Origin: a bacterium
GTDB lineage: Bacteria > UBA10199 > 2-02-FULL-50-16 > JAJFLM01
Direction: 5' to 3'
DNA: 64,000 nt
NCBI GenBank assembly: GCA_965216315.1
Contig: CBDCFN010000016.1
Span: forward strand, 1,536,001-1,600,000
Position 1 is the stretch's first letter; the number at the start of each line of letters is the position of its first letter. Positions 1 to 9,334 of this stretch are shown here, in pieces. A program made the translations under genes and the position numbers. The notes beneath the pieces were generated by a model. The model was not told where the DNA came from and made no database searches. It saw nothing but the letters and a program-made list of their open reading frames with translations.

Positions 1-7
1 AGGCTTT

Positions 8-2263
8 ATGGCGCGACAACGCAATGAAGCCATCAAGACACTCTCCGATATAGCACGACTGTTGCAAAGCCCTAAACGAGAAGACAATCCGCTTCAAAGC
101 ATCACCCGCTTGGTCCGAAGATCAATGGATGCCGATGTGTGTTCCCTTTACTTACTACAGGATAACGAACTCCTATTAGTGGCAACAGATGGATTAGACC
201 CCGGTGCCGTCGGACAGGTCAAAATGCCGCTCGATAAAGGGCTCACCGGCTTAATCGCGCAAAAAAGCAAGCCTGTCATTACTAATAACGCCCAAGCACA
301 TCCGCGTTATGAATATTTCCCGGCAACGCGCGAAGAGCGCTTCAATTCATTCGCCGGTGTCCCTATCATCGATGGTGAAAAAATCGTGGGCGTCCTCAAT
401 ATTCAATCAAAAAAAAGCGGCGAGTATTCTGAAGAAACAACCGACTTGTTGGCAGTTATTTCATTTCAGCTCTCGAACGTCATTCAGAACCTGGTCAATC
501 TGGAAATATTCCGTCAAAAAAAACTTCCTAAGTATAAGGCTCAGACTAGTAAATTACAGGGATTAGGTACCTCACCGGGCATTACCGTCGGCTCTGCCGT
601 CATCATTGAAAATGAATGGAATATGCTCGCACCGGCAAACAAAAAATCCGACCCGGAAGTAGAAAAAAAGCGCTTGAAAAAGGCCCTGCGTGACGCCTCT
701 AATGACCTCAAAAAGCTGGAAGACCAACTGTTGAAAAAATTATCTCGTCAAGAGTCCGATATTTTCAATGCACACCGCCTAATTTTAAAAGATAAAAGTT
801 TCCAACAAAGACTTGATAAAGAAATCAGCAAAAAAAGAAGTGCTGAAGTCGCTGTACTTAATGTGATGAACGAGTACGCGAAAACTTTTACTAAAATAGC
901 CGACCCTTATATACGCGATCGCGTTGTTGACCTTGAGGACTTAGCCGAGCGCATTATCAATAAATTATCAGGTGATAAGCCGAAAAATGCCTTAGATCTC
1001 GAAGGCATCCTTATTGCCGAACGCCTCACGCCGTCTGAAACGGTAAGACTCAATCCGGATAAAATTAAAGGCATCGTCACGATGCACGGTGGGCAGGCCA
1101 GTCATGCCGCCATCCTCGCCCGCTCGTTGGGCATCCCCGCCATCATGGGCATTCCAGAAGCGGCATTCAAATACATCAAGCCCAACCAGCCGGTCATCGT
1201 CGATGGAAATTCAGGGGAGCTCTACATCAACCCGCCCAATGACGTTCTGCAAGAATATGAAAAGCTCCAACAACAGTATGCCAACCGGCTGATGAAATTA
1301 AACCCATTAGCGGATCAAGAAACCGTCACCAAAGACGGGCGCAAACTTCACCTTGATGCGAATGTCGGGCTTGTTGATAGTCTGCAGTACATTAAAAATT
1401 TCGGCGCCGAGGGAGTAGGGTTGTACAGGACAGAAATTCCCTTTATGGTCCGCGATGAACTACCCAATGAAAACCAGCAATACCGCGTCTATCGCCAAAT
1501 ACTGGAGGCCGCCAACGGTCTTCCCGTTACATTCAGAACACTTGATGCCGGCGGTGACAAGCCGGTCTCCTATCTCCATTTGGATGACGGCAATTCATTC
1601 TTAGGGTATCGCTCGATTCGACTGTGCTTATCCGAACCTAAAATCTTAAAAACCCAACTCAAAGCACTCTACAGGGCCGCAAGTCACGGACCCATGCGTA
1701 TCTTGTTTCCCATGATCAGCGGGCTCGAAGAACTTAGGGAAGTCAAACGATTGATCCACGAGGTCAAACGGGACCTGCGCAAACGTAAAGAAAAAATCAC
1801 GATACCCGACGTCCCGATTGGCATTATGATTGAGGTTCCCTCCGCCGTGCAGCTCGCGCACATTCTGATCAAAGAAGTCGATTTTTTCAGCATAGGAACG
1901 AACGATCTGATCCAGTTTACGTTGGCCGTCGACCGCAATAACGAAAAGGTGGCCGATTTTTTTGAGCCCTTTCACCCAGCCGTCATTCATTCGCTGTGGC
2001 AGGTCGTTCAGGCCGCACATAAAGAAGGCAAATGGGTCTCCATCTGTGGTGAAATGGCCGGCGATCCTAATTTAACCGCCCTGCTCGTCGGGTTGGGCTT
2101 TGACCGTCTCTCTATGATTCCCACGAATATTCCCGTAGTCAAACGGGCCATCCAGGGGCTTTATTACAAAAAACTCCTCAAAGACGTCAAAGATATACTC
2201 GAAATGCCCACGGCTCATGCCATCAAGCGACGCCTCAACCGCTACCAACCGAAAACAAGCTAA
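8..2263 (+). CDS. ptsP: Phosphoenolpyruvate-protein phosphotransferase EI-Ntr (GAF + enzyme I)
   Basis: N-terminal GAF (ADVCSLYLL...HPRYEYFP...FAGVPI), phospho-His motif SHAAILARSLGIP, GVGLYRTE, RTLDAGGDK, FFSIGTNDLIQ, SICGEMAGD. Confidence 0.95.
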   Translation: MARQRNEAIKTLSDIARLLQSPKREDNPLQSITRLVRRSMDADVCSLYLLQDNELLLVATDGLDPGAVGQVKMPLDKGLTGLIAQKSKPVITNNAQAHPRYEYFPATREERFNSFAGVPIIDGEKIVGVLNIQSKKSGEYSEETTDLLAVISFQLSNVIQNLVNLEIFRQKKLPKYKAQTSKLQGLGTSPGITVGSAVIIENEWNMLAPANKKSDPEVEKKRLKKALRDASNDLKKLEDQLLKKLSRQESDIFNAHRLILKDKSFQQRLDKEISKKRSAEVAVLNVMNEYAKTFTKIADPYIRDRVVDLEDLAERIINKLSGDKPKNALDLEGILIAERLTPSETVRLNPDKIKGIVTMHGGQASHAAILARSLGIPAIMGIPEAAFKYIKPNQPVIVDGNSGELYINPPNDVLQEYEKLQQQYANRLMKLNPLADQETVTKDGRKLHLDANVGLVDSLQYIKNFGAEGVGLYRTEIPFMVRDELPNENQQYRVYRQILEAANGLPVTFRTLDAGGDKPVSYLHLDDGNSFLGYRSIRLCLSEPKILKTQLKALYRAASHGPMRILFPMISGLEELREVKRLIHEVKRDLRKRKEKITIPDVPIGIMIEVPSAVQLAHILIKEVDFFSIGTNDLIQFTLAVDRNNEKVADFFEPFHPAVIHSLWQVVQAAHKEGKWVSICGEMAGDPNLTALLVGLGFDRLSMIPTNIPVVKRAIQGLYYKKLLKDVKDILEMPTAHAIKRRLNRYQPKTS

Positions 2264-2265
2264 TA

Positions 2266-2292
2266 GCAACCTTTAGCCGCCGAGGCCGAAGA
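2266..2292 (+). promoter_or_regulatory. Putative alternative-sigma (sigma28-like) promoter, copy 1
   Basis: GCAAC-ctttagccgccgag-GCCGAAGA, 7 nt before ATG 2300; same motif and 14-nt spacing recur 7 times. Confidence 0.7.
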
Positions 2293-2299
2293 TGTTCCC

Positions 2300-3961
2300 A
2301 TGTCCACGGTCATGGGAACAACACCGTTTATGTCAGCCAGCTTGCTTGCAAGTAGCCGTTTTCCTCAAATCACCTCACAACTTGATCATATTCAGCACCG
2401 CCAGTTGGGCGACAGCTTCTTAGGGCAGCTCAGCGACGCCGATATTTTTATCGCTGACATTTCCTGTTTGCGAAATGATCAGTGGCTGCATCGCATGGAC
2501 ATGGCCGGGTCTCTCAGCACGATCGAGAGGATCCTTGGCGAATTTAAAGGAACGACCTCTCATTCTCACCTTGCGGTTGTTCGTGAAAACGAGGTCCCCT
2601 CACCGGTCGCCCAACGCATTGTCACTGCGCGACCCGCATTGAAATCAAGCAACCGCGAATTCCACATCGAGGGCTATTTTCAACCTTTCGCGACGCAGAC
2701 GCTCGATGCCAATCGGCTGCAACCCGTAAAGGGGCTCACTCGCGACTCGAAGCTGTCATTCTATCCCCCTCCCTATGTGCCTCTCAATACACAGGACGAA
2801 TACAAGATTCTGCAAATGCTCGAGTACGCCGGCATCCACTACGAAACTCCGCGTTGCGATGCCGCTCGTTACGGTGTCACTGCATTTGATGCGGGACGTC
2901 GCTTTGTCTTCAAGACAAACCTAGACTTCATTACCTTCGACTGGGATCACACGCTCAGCAATTACCAGATCTTTGAAGAAATTGCCCCCATCATTCGCGC
3001 CAAGCTTTCCAAGCAAGAGCCACCGGAGGCCTTGGCTGAACGCCCCATGACCGCCCTCGAAGTGGCGCGCCCTTTTATGCAGGAATTGGTATTGGGCATG
3101 ATGGTCGGTTATGCTTTTAGGCAAGGACTAACTAATTTCCAGCAATGGGAGCAATACAAGCCACAAGTCGGTATTGTCACTCATACTTGGCCTGACCGTT
3201 TGGGCGTGCTCGCTGAACACTTCGTCCGTTTGTTACCGCTGATGGAGGGATTACTACCCGGAACACCTGGCGTCTATAACTGGATGACACATTCCGATGT
3301 CCGTTCGATCACCCACCTGCATCACTTCTTAAGTTACGCCGAAAGTCTGCTCCGCAAATTCGAACATGTCGGCCTGGAAGGACTGACAGAAACCGAACAA
3401 GCGGAATTGATGGGCTACATGGAAGACGGCAAGGCCCATTATCGAAAACCCTTGGGGACCTTGGCCATGCGCGGTTGGGAATTTTCCAGTCTGCTTCATT
3501 TTGACGACTCAACCAAGGTCATCAATGACTTAGTCGAACACGTACACGCCGAAGCCATCCGCGGCCTTTGGGTGCGCCAACCGCATTCAAAAAAACTTGA
3601 TGTCGGTGAGCTCAATAAAATCGTGCTCTCCTCACTCTGGCGTTCACGAGAGGCGGCACGCCTACGCGCCGCACGCAACCTGATTCGCGCCGAAGAACAG
3701 GGGTTCACCCTGCCGTATGTGCTCAGTGCCATGCAGATGTTCAGCGTCACGCGCCAAACCGACCAGTTGGCCTATCGCGCGCCCCTGCCCGCCGGTACGG
3801 TTTTCCGGCTCCATGAAACCCCGACCACCGTCGGTGAGTACTGGCGTTACTATGTGAACCCCACCAATCGCCTCAAGCAGCAGGTGCGCGCCGTGCGCAA
3901 AGCGGCCGGCGGTCTGCGCGCACTGCGGCATCAATATAAAGAAATCCGAAAAAAACCCTAA
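2300..3961 (+). CDS. Divergent HAD-superfamily phosphatase-like protein with Ser/Thr-rich LLASS leader
   Basis: Motif I FITFDWDHT (DxDxT), motif II GIVT, motif III RKP, motif IV LLHFDD in order. Confidence 0.6.
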   Translation: MSTVMGTTPFMSASLLASSRFPQITSQLDHIQHRQLGDSFLGQLSDADIFIADISCLRNDQWLHRMDMAGSLSTIERILGEFKGTTSHSHLAVVRENEVPSPVAQRIVTARPALKSSNREFHIEGYFQPFATQTLDANRLQPVKGLTRDSKLSFYPPPYVPLNTQDEYKILQMLEYAGIHYETPRCDAARYGVTAFDAGRRFVFKTNLDFITFDWDHTLSNYQIFEEIAPIIRAKLSKQEPPEALAERPMTALEVARPFMQELVLGMMVGYAFRQGLTNFQQWEQYKPQVGIVTHTWPDRLGVLAEHFVRLLPLMEGLLPGTPGVYNWMTHSDVRSITHLHHFLSYAESLLRKFEHVGLEGLTETEQAELMGYMEDGKAHYRKPLGTLAMRGWEFSSLLHFDDSTKVINDLVEHVHAEAIRGLWVRQPHSKKLDVGELNKIVLSSLWRSREAARLRAARNLIRAEEQGFTLPYVLSAMQMFSVTRQTDQLAYRAPLPAGTVFRLHETPTTVGEYWRYYVNPTNRLKQQVRAVRKAAGGLRALRHQYKEIRKKP

Positions 3962-4019
3962 AAAACAGGTTTTTCGGCCCCATTTTTAACTTATCGCAAG
4001 AGAATTCCTCAGTTTTTAC

Positions 4020-4046
4020 GCAACATTAGCCCATTCAGCGCGAGAA
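4020..4046 (+). promoter_or_regulatory. Putative sigma28-like promoter, copy 2 (weaker downstream box)
   Basis: GCAAC-attagcccattcag-CGCGAGAA upstream of ATG 4099. Confidence 0.5.
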
Positions 4047-4057
4047 TGCCCTTAAGT

Positions 4058-4073
4058 GGAGTCATATGACTCC
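4058..4073. promoter_or_regulatory. Perfect 16-bp palindrome (operator or 5'UTR hairpin)
   Basis: GGAGTCATATGACTCC equals its own reverse complement. Confidence 0.6.
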
Positions 4074-4098
4074 GTAGTGGTGTAACTGAGGGAGATTT

Positions 4099-4923
4099 AT
4101 GGCATTTTTAGCGGCATCGACGATGACCAGTCAGTTGGGGCTCACCTCCGTCTTGGCGAGTTCAAATCTGACCAACAGCGCGCTTCCGGTCGCCGTTACG
4201 ACCGCCGCAGCCACCACAGTGGCGCCTGCCATTGCTTCAGCGCAACCCTTTACACCGCCACCGGATCCCGCACAGCGACCGAGTGCTGAAGACACGCCTC
4301 CGATCGATGAAATTTTTGGCGATGCCGCGAATAACGGTCTGGGCGACATTCCCGTAACAGAACTCAATAACCCGGATCAGACCTGGCCGATTCTTATCGC
4401 GGCGGCAAGCTTTAGCGTCCCGTTAACACGGCTCGCTCTCGGCGTCTTCCGCCCCCTCCTCCCCAAGTCCTGGAAGACCGCCGATCAATCACTGGCCGCT
4501 GAAGGAGCCCTGCACAGCGCCAATCATTTTGTCAGCCGTGTCGCTAATTCGACGGTCGGCAGCATCGCGGCGCATGCGCGCAACCTCGGAGCGGCCATCT
4601 ACGTGGGCCACTCGCTTTCACATGATGCGCTTCGTCTCTTCCCCGAACAATACTGGCCGGAACTTTTGATCGTCTTCGGGATCGGAACGAGCCTGATCAC
4701 CCGCTTTAGTGCCTGGCGCCGGGCGCGCAAACTCAAGAAGGCGGGCGTGCCGGCCGAAGAAATCGCCGCCATGCGACAGCATGCCCTCGGTTTCATGCCG
4801 AAACGCATGCCAAAACCCAAGCAACTGCAAGCATCAAGTAATACCGTCACGGAAACAGCGACGGATATCGAAGCAGCAACAGTTACAACAACAGATACGG
4901 AGCCACCTGAAGGAACAGCCTGA
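4099..4923 (+). CDS. Hypothetical membrane protein with VLASS leader; resembles the N-terminal part of the next gene
   Basis: SD GAGGGAG; Ala/Thr/Pro-rich N-terminus; hydrophobic segments; stop overlaps next start (TGATG). Confidence 0.7.
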   Translation: MAFLAASTMTSQLGLTSVLASSNLTNSALPVAVTTAAATTVAPAIASAQPFTPPPDPAQRPSAEDTPPIDEIFGDAANNGLGDIPVTELNNPDQTWPILIAAASFSVPLTRLALGVFRPLLPKSWKTADQSLAAEGALHSANHFVSRVANSTVGSIAAHARNLGAAIYVGHSLSHDALRLFPEQYWPELLIVFGIGTSLITRFSAWRRARKLKKAGVPAEEIAAMRQHALGFMPKRMPKPKQLQASSNTVTETATDIEAATVTTTDTEPPEGTA

Positions 4924-7550
4924 TGACACTGCCACTCGGGACGACGACAAACACACTGCTCACGTCTAACTTTCTCGGGCTTGCGGCCTCCGCACCGCTC
5001 TTAAACAATTCATTAACGGGTAACGCGCCGACCACTGACAATCAAACTCTGCTGGATGACAGCAGTGCTTATCAGGACCCCACCACATCCAGTCCGCTGA
5101 CCGAGACCTCACTGACTGCGGCCGCAGCGGTTTTCGGGCCCGAACCGCCCATCGCCGAAGTGAATCCGACAGCCACGATTGAAGAAGACCTTGAAAGCGC
5201 CGCCCGCACCAATCCGAGAGGATCATTGGCGTTATTGGCTGCCTTAGCGACCGTCACGACCCTCGCGGTTCCCGGCACGGCCTTTGCCCAAGACGGGGTC
5301 ATGGAAGCCTCCGGAACCAGTACCTACGACCCGACAACGCATCTGATCGTCTTGGCCGCCCTTTTTTCAATTCCCATCTTACGAGGAACCGTTCAGGTCG
5401 CACGTCAGGTATATCAATGGTTTAAAGAAACTTTCGGGGAAGCTCCGGTCTCTGCGCGTGCGCCCAAAACCGGTCCTCCGGCTGCGGAAGAAACCACCCC
5501 CGCCGAACCCTCTGAACAACCTGATTATCTCTATCCGCAGCCATTTGAAGCGATCAATCAGGTGACGGGCAAGGCCGAACGCGTTTTTTCTACCGTAAGA
5601 GATGCATCCATACCGCTAATGATTCAAAAAGACCTCTATTTTCCCCTCATCGGCGGTGCCTCGTTTTTCTTAACCGGCGGCTTTGATCGACCCTTGTGGG
5701 CCTTGGCCATCGATGCTTCAGCGATGGGACTGGCCTACCTCAATCGCTGGTATCAACTTCGCAAAGTTGACCGGCCGCTCATCGAAGCCGTCAAAGAAAA
5801 ACCTTTGACCTCGGATGCCTTCAAAAAACATTTGGAACGTCCACTCGGCGTCCTCGGACCACCCGTGCCGACGGTCGAAGAGTTTCATGAAGACGAATTT
5901 TTTCGCCTCAATAAGCGACTTTTTGATGGAGAACCGACACGCAGTCGTTTGAGAAGCTATTTCGCGCTTAAAGACATCCTCCAAGCCGCTTTTTTACTCG
6001 TAACTCAAATCAATGATCGAACCGGCTCGGCAACGCTCTTAAAAGAAATGTGGCGTTACGCGCTGAACTCGGAAATTTTACCGGCCGATGAAGATAATTT
6101 AGAGGCCGCACATGCCATTGCCCGCCAATGGGCCATCCAAAGTTCCGCCCGCATGCGCGCTAACCTCTCGTTTGATGGCATCGAACAGCTGACAACGATC
6201 CCCGAAGGCGCCCCCGTCATCATGATCGGAAATCACGATTCTTCAATGTGGCCTTCTTTTTGGGCGGCCTTTTTAATGCGACTCAGTGACGGACGTGACA
6301 TTCACGGTCGACCGATTGCAGACATCAGCAATTTTGCATTGGCACCCTGGATGCGTTTGAGTCCCTTATCAGTGCTCGGTATCGCCCTCCAGAAACTCGG
6401 CCTCATCTACGTCCCGCGCAAATCAAAACCCAAAAAGCGCAAACTATGGAAACGTATTCTAATTAATTGGAACCCGCTTCTTCTCCCGCTTAGGGGCCTC
6501 TACCACGGCGGGGTTTGGGCGCTCACCAGACTAGGGCTCCTTGAGAAGGCGCACTTCGATTGGCCTAAGGATCTCGTCGACAAGGCAAAGATGGGTATCT
6601 ATCCCTTAGGGTATCCGGCCGGCGGCCGTGAACCCGCCTGCTATAATGAAGCGGGCGAAGTGATTCAATCAAGCCCGCTGGCCAACGTCCTCAGCACCAA
6701 GAACCCCCATTATTTCATCGCCCGCGGTATTGCCGAGCAAGCCGTCGAAATTGCGAGCCAAAACGGCGGTCAAACCGTCTATGCTCCGTATATCTACACG
6801 AACGGCGCCTATCGCGTCGCCCACAAGCAGAAGAAAGGCTTTGGCGCCTTTGTTGAACCGATTACAACCGATCAGGACGTGAATTATAGCGTTCAAGGCA
6901 TTGATCAAGTTCAACCTAACGAATCGGCAGATGCCGTATCAACGCGTTGGGAGAAACTGTCTATCGAGGCGACGGGTACAGAACAGGTCCTGCAAGAACA
7001 GGTTCTCGACTGGCTCCAACGATATCGGCGCGACGATGCCCGCCGTCTGCATGATGTGTTTATCGCGCAGGCAAGCGGGCAAATGGCCGCACGTGACGCC
7101 TCCGTCGAAGCTGCCAAAGGCAACTATCCCATCCATTATCTCATTGCCGCACGCATTACCGCTATTCGACCGGGTCTTCCGAATAACGATCGTCGCGTCT
7201 TTCAAGATCGTTTCTTCGACCTGCTAAATAACCAAGTAGACCACAGCAAAATGCAGGAAATGATCGAACAACTGAATCATGCTAACTTGGAGCATCTCCT
7301 GATTACGCTCAATGACGAAGTCCTGCAAAATCATTTAGCTTACAGGGAAAGAATGCGCTTGCGCCGCTGGCTGGGTGAGATGAATAATCAAGATTCTCGA
7401 GAGGCCTTGTTGGCGGATGAATCACGTGCGACATTGCGTGAGATGATGAATTCATTCAACGCGCAAGCCTGTCACCGTTTTGCGTTACTGACGCTCTTGA
7501 GGGATATCTCGATTCGGGTCAAACAGGTTGAATATAAGGCCGCGGCGTAA
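4923..7550 (+). CDS. Large membrane protein with degenerate PlsC/LPLAT acyltransferase-like domain
   Basis: GIEQL...PVIMIGNHDSS (block I lacking the Asp), GLIYVPR, GYPAGGR (block III-like). Confidence 0.6.
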   Translation: MTLPLGTTTNTLLTSNFLGLAASAPLLNNSLTGNAPTTDNQTLLDDSSAYQDPTTSSPLTETSLTAAAAVFGPEPPIAEVNPTATIEEDLESAARTNPRGSLALLAALATVTTLAVPGTAFAQDGVMEASGTSTYDPTTHLIVLAALFSIPILRGTVQVARQVYQWFKETFGEAPVSARAPKTGPPAAEETTPAEPSEQPDYLYPQPFEAINQVTGKAERVFSTVRDASIPLMIQKDLYFPLIGGASFFLTGGFDRPLWALAIDASAMGLAYLNRWYQLRKVDRPLIEAVKEKPLTSDAFKKHLERPLGVLGPPVPTVEEFHEDEFFRLNKRLFDGEPTRSRLRSYFALKDILQAAFLLVTQINDRTGSATLLKEMWRYALNSEILPADEDNLEAAHAIARQWAIQSSARMRANLSFDGIEQLTTIPEGAPVIMIGNHDSSMWPSFWAAFLMRLSDGRDIHGRPIADISNFALAPWMRLSPLSVLGIALQKLGLIYVPRKSKPKKRKLWKRILINWNPLLLPLRGLYHGGVWALTRLGLLEKAHFDWPKDLVDKAKMGIYPLGYPAGGREPACYNEAGEVIQSSPLANVLSTKNPHYFIARGIAEQAVEIASQNGGQTVYAPYIYTNGAYRVAHKQKKGFGAFVEPITTDQDVNYSVQGIDQVQPNESADAVSTRWEKLSIEATGTEQVLQEQVLDWLQRYRRDDARRLHDVFIAQASGQMAARDASVEAAKGNYPIHYLIAARITAIRPGLPNNDRRVFQDRFFDLLNNQVDHSKMQEMIEQLNHANLEHLLITLNDEVLQNHLAYRERMRLRRWLGEMNNQDSREALLADESRATLREMMNSFNAQACHRFALLTLLRDISIRVKQVEYKAAA

Positions 7551-7590
7551 AATTGGCCTAATTTTTCGCAAATTTTCGCAAGGTCGCCGA

Positions 7591-7617
7591 GCAACTTTAT
7601 TCAGGGACTGCCGATGC
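7591..7617 (+). promoter_or_regulatory. Putative sigma28-like promoter, copy 3
   Basis: GCAAC-tttattcagggact-GCCGATGC, 11 nt before ATG 7629; preceded by tandem TTTTCGCAA x2. Confidence 0.7.
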
Positions 7618-7628
7618 TGCAGTGAATT

Positions 7629-9317
7629 ATGACCCTACTCGCCCTCAATCCAGCTCTGGCAACATCGCTGCTGGCCGCCGCAGCATCCGGTCCCGGACCG
7701 ACTGGCACTCAGCAACTCTCGCAGCATATCTTTCGCTTAGCCGCCCACCCGAACATTCGCGAGGTCCCGGCTGAGGCCCTGACCCAGATCCGCACTGGAG
7801 TACAAAGTGATGATAATTTAACGCTTAAGTACGTAGACCAACTGCAATCAAGTGCTGATCCCAGTGCAATCGCCCAGGCCTTGATTGAAATCGGGTCGCG
7901 GCAAAGCGCTGTCGGCAGGCTCGCAACAGCAAATCCTCCCGACTTATCGCAATTAGACATCCCGGAACGTCAACTTGAAACCGATTCGGAAATAACCCTG
8001 CAGGCTTGGCTTAGCAGTCTAACGGGGGGCCAAATCTCTGAGGAAGCCCTGACCCTGGGACAGCGCTGGGGGCGCTATGGTTACTTCCTCAGCGGGGCCG
8101 CCCATATGCTGGGCATACCCGCAGCGCTCATGACTGCAGCCACGGCACTGATTATGGGTGATCCCGTCGTCGGTGGTATTTCCGCCGGATTTCTTACGAC
8201 TTATCTAGCCAACTTTCTACAACGCTACCGACGTAGCAATATCATGCTGCAATCAACGGAACAGGGCCCCTTTACCCCCCGGCAAATCGAAGCGTATCTT
8301 AAAAGTTATCAATTATACCCCGGTGCGCTTCGTGAGCTCAGAGAGGCGTCCGCTCATCGCGATCAGGAATTGTTTGACGTCATCGCAGCCATTGAAGCCT
8401 CGGCAGGACCGAGGGGGCTTCAACCGACACTCAGTTCTAGAGCGTTTCTACAAGGGCTGTACAATTTTCTTAACATTTCGACGATTGGAAATCTAGGGCT
8501 CGCCCGCGATGCAAACGGTGATTACTACGATTTAGCCGCGCAGGCCATTGGACTTGGAGTCATGCAACGCTTGCAGTGGCAGCCGCTCGTCCTACACGGA
8601 GAACGCTTACAAGAACTCAAGGAATTGCAACGCAATAATCCGCGAGCTCGATTTGTTTTCGTCCCCAATCACCGCAGTCACTTGGATACCCTAGTGACGG
8701 TCTCACTCGTCCGAGATTTTCGCGCTCGTTTCGTCGCGAAAGACGCTCTGGGCAAGGCACCGGGGCTCGGCTGGTCACTTTTCCCGGAACCCTGGCATCC
8801 CTTGAAAAACAGCCTCATTCGAGGTCCAGGCAGCATGTTGATCCATCGCGGTGGAGAGGCCTCTCATCGGCATCTGACGGCGTTTGTCGGCGAAAAATTT
8901 GCGGCCCATGAATCCGTGGTCATCTTTCCGGAACAAACACGCCTTGATACGACGGACCGAAATGTCGAATTAGGCATGCGCCCTTATAGAGAAGGCATTT
9001 TTCACGCCGCCCATCATTGGACGAATATTGCCGACGAGACTTATGACATCTATTTTGTCCCGCTATCTTATTATGGAGTCGGTCGAATTTTTCCAAAAAG
9101 TAATGATAAGGCAAGTAGTGAAGGCGGTCTCATGAATCAACCCGTCGCCATGTCAATCGGCACGCCAATTCAAGCCCCCAAAAGAATCAATTCCTCCGGA
9201 GAAAGCGATAGAGACTACATCCACGCATTAAACCGGACAGTCTGGTGGCAACATTGGCAACAGCTTGCGGCACTCCAGTCCTTTATGAACCGCTACAGCC
9301 CCGCGATTTCAAGATAG
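7629..9317 (+). CDS. 1-acyl-sn-glycerol-3-phosphate acyltransferase (PlsC/LPLAT)-domain protein with long N-terminal extension
   Basis: NHRSHLD (HX4D), FVAKDAL, IHRG, IFPEQTR, PYREGIF; TM hairpin near aa 150-195. Confidence 0.85.
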   Translation: MTLLALNPALATSLLAAAASGPGPTGTQQLSQHIFRLAAHPNIREVPAEALTQIRTGVQSDDNLTLKYVDQLQSSADPSAIAQALIEIGSRQSAVGRLATANPPDLSQLDIPERQLETDSEITLQAWLSSLTGGQISEEALTLGQRWGRYGYFLSGAAHMLGIPAALMTAATALIMGDPVVGGISAGFLTTYLANFLQRYRRSNIMLQSTEQGPFTPRQIEAYLKSYQLYPGALRELREASAHRDQELFDVIAAIEASAGPRGLQPTLSSRAFLQGLYNFLNISTIGNLGLARDANGDYYDLAAQAIGLGVMQRLQWQPLVLHGERLQELKELQRNNPRARFVFVPNHRSHLDTLVTVSLVRDFRARFVAKDALGKAPGLGWSLFPEPWHPLKNSLIRGPGSMLIHRGGEASHRHLTAFVGEKFAAHESVVIFPEQTRLDTTDRNVELGMRPYREGIFHAAHHWTNIADETYDIYFVPLSYYGVGRIFPKSNDKASSEGGLMNQPVAMSIGTPIQAPKRINSSGESDRDYIHALNRTVWWQHWQQLAALQSFMNRYSPAISR

Positions 9318-9334
9318 GATCAAGTAGCCGAAAT

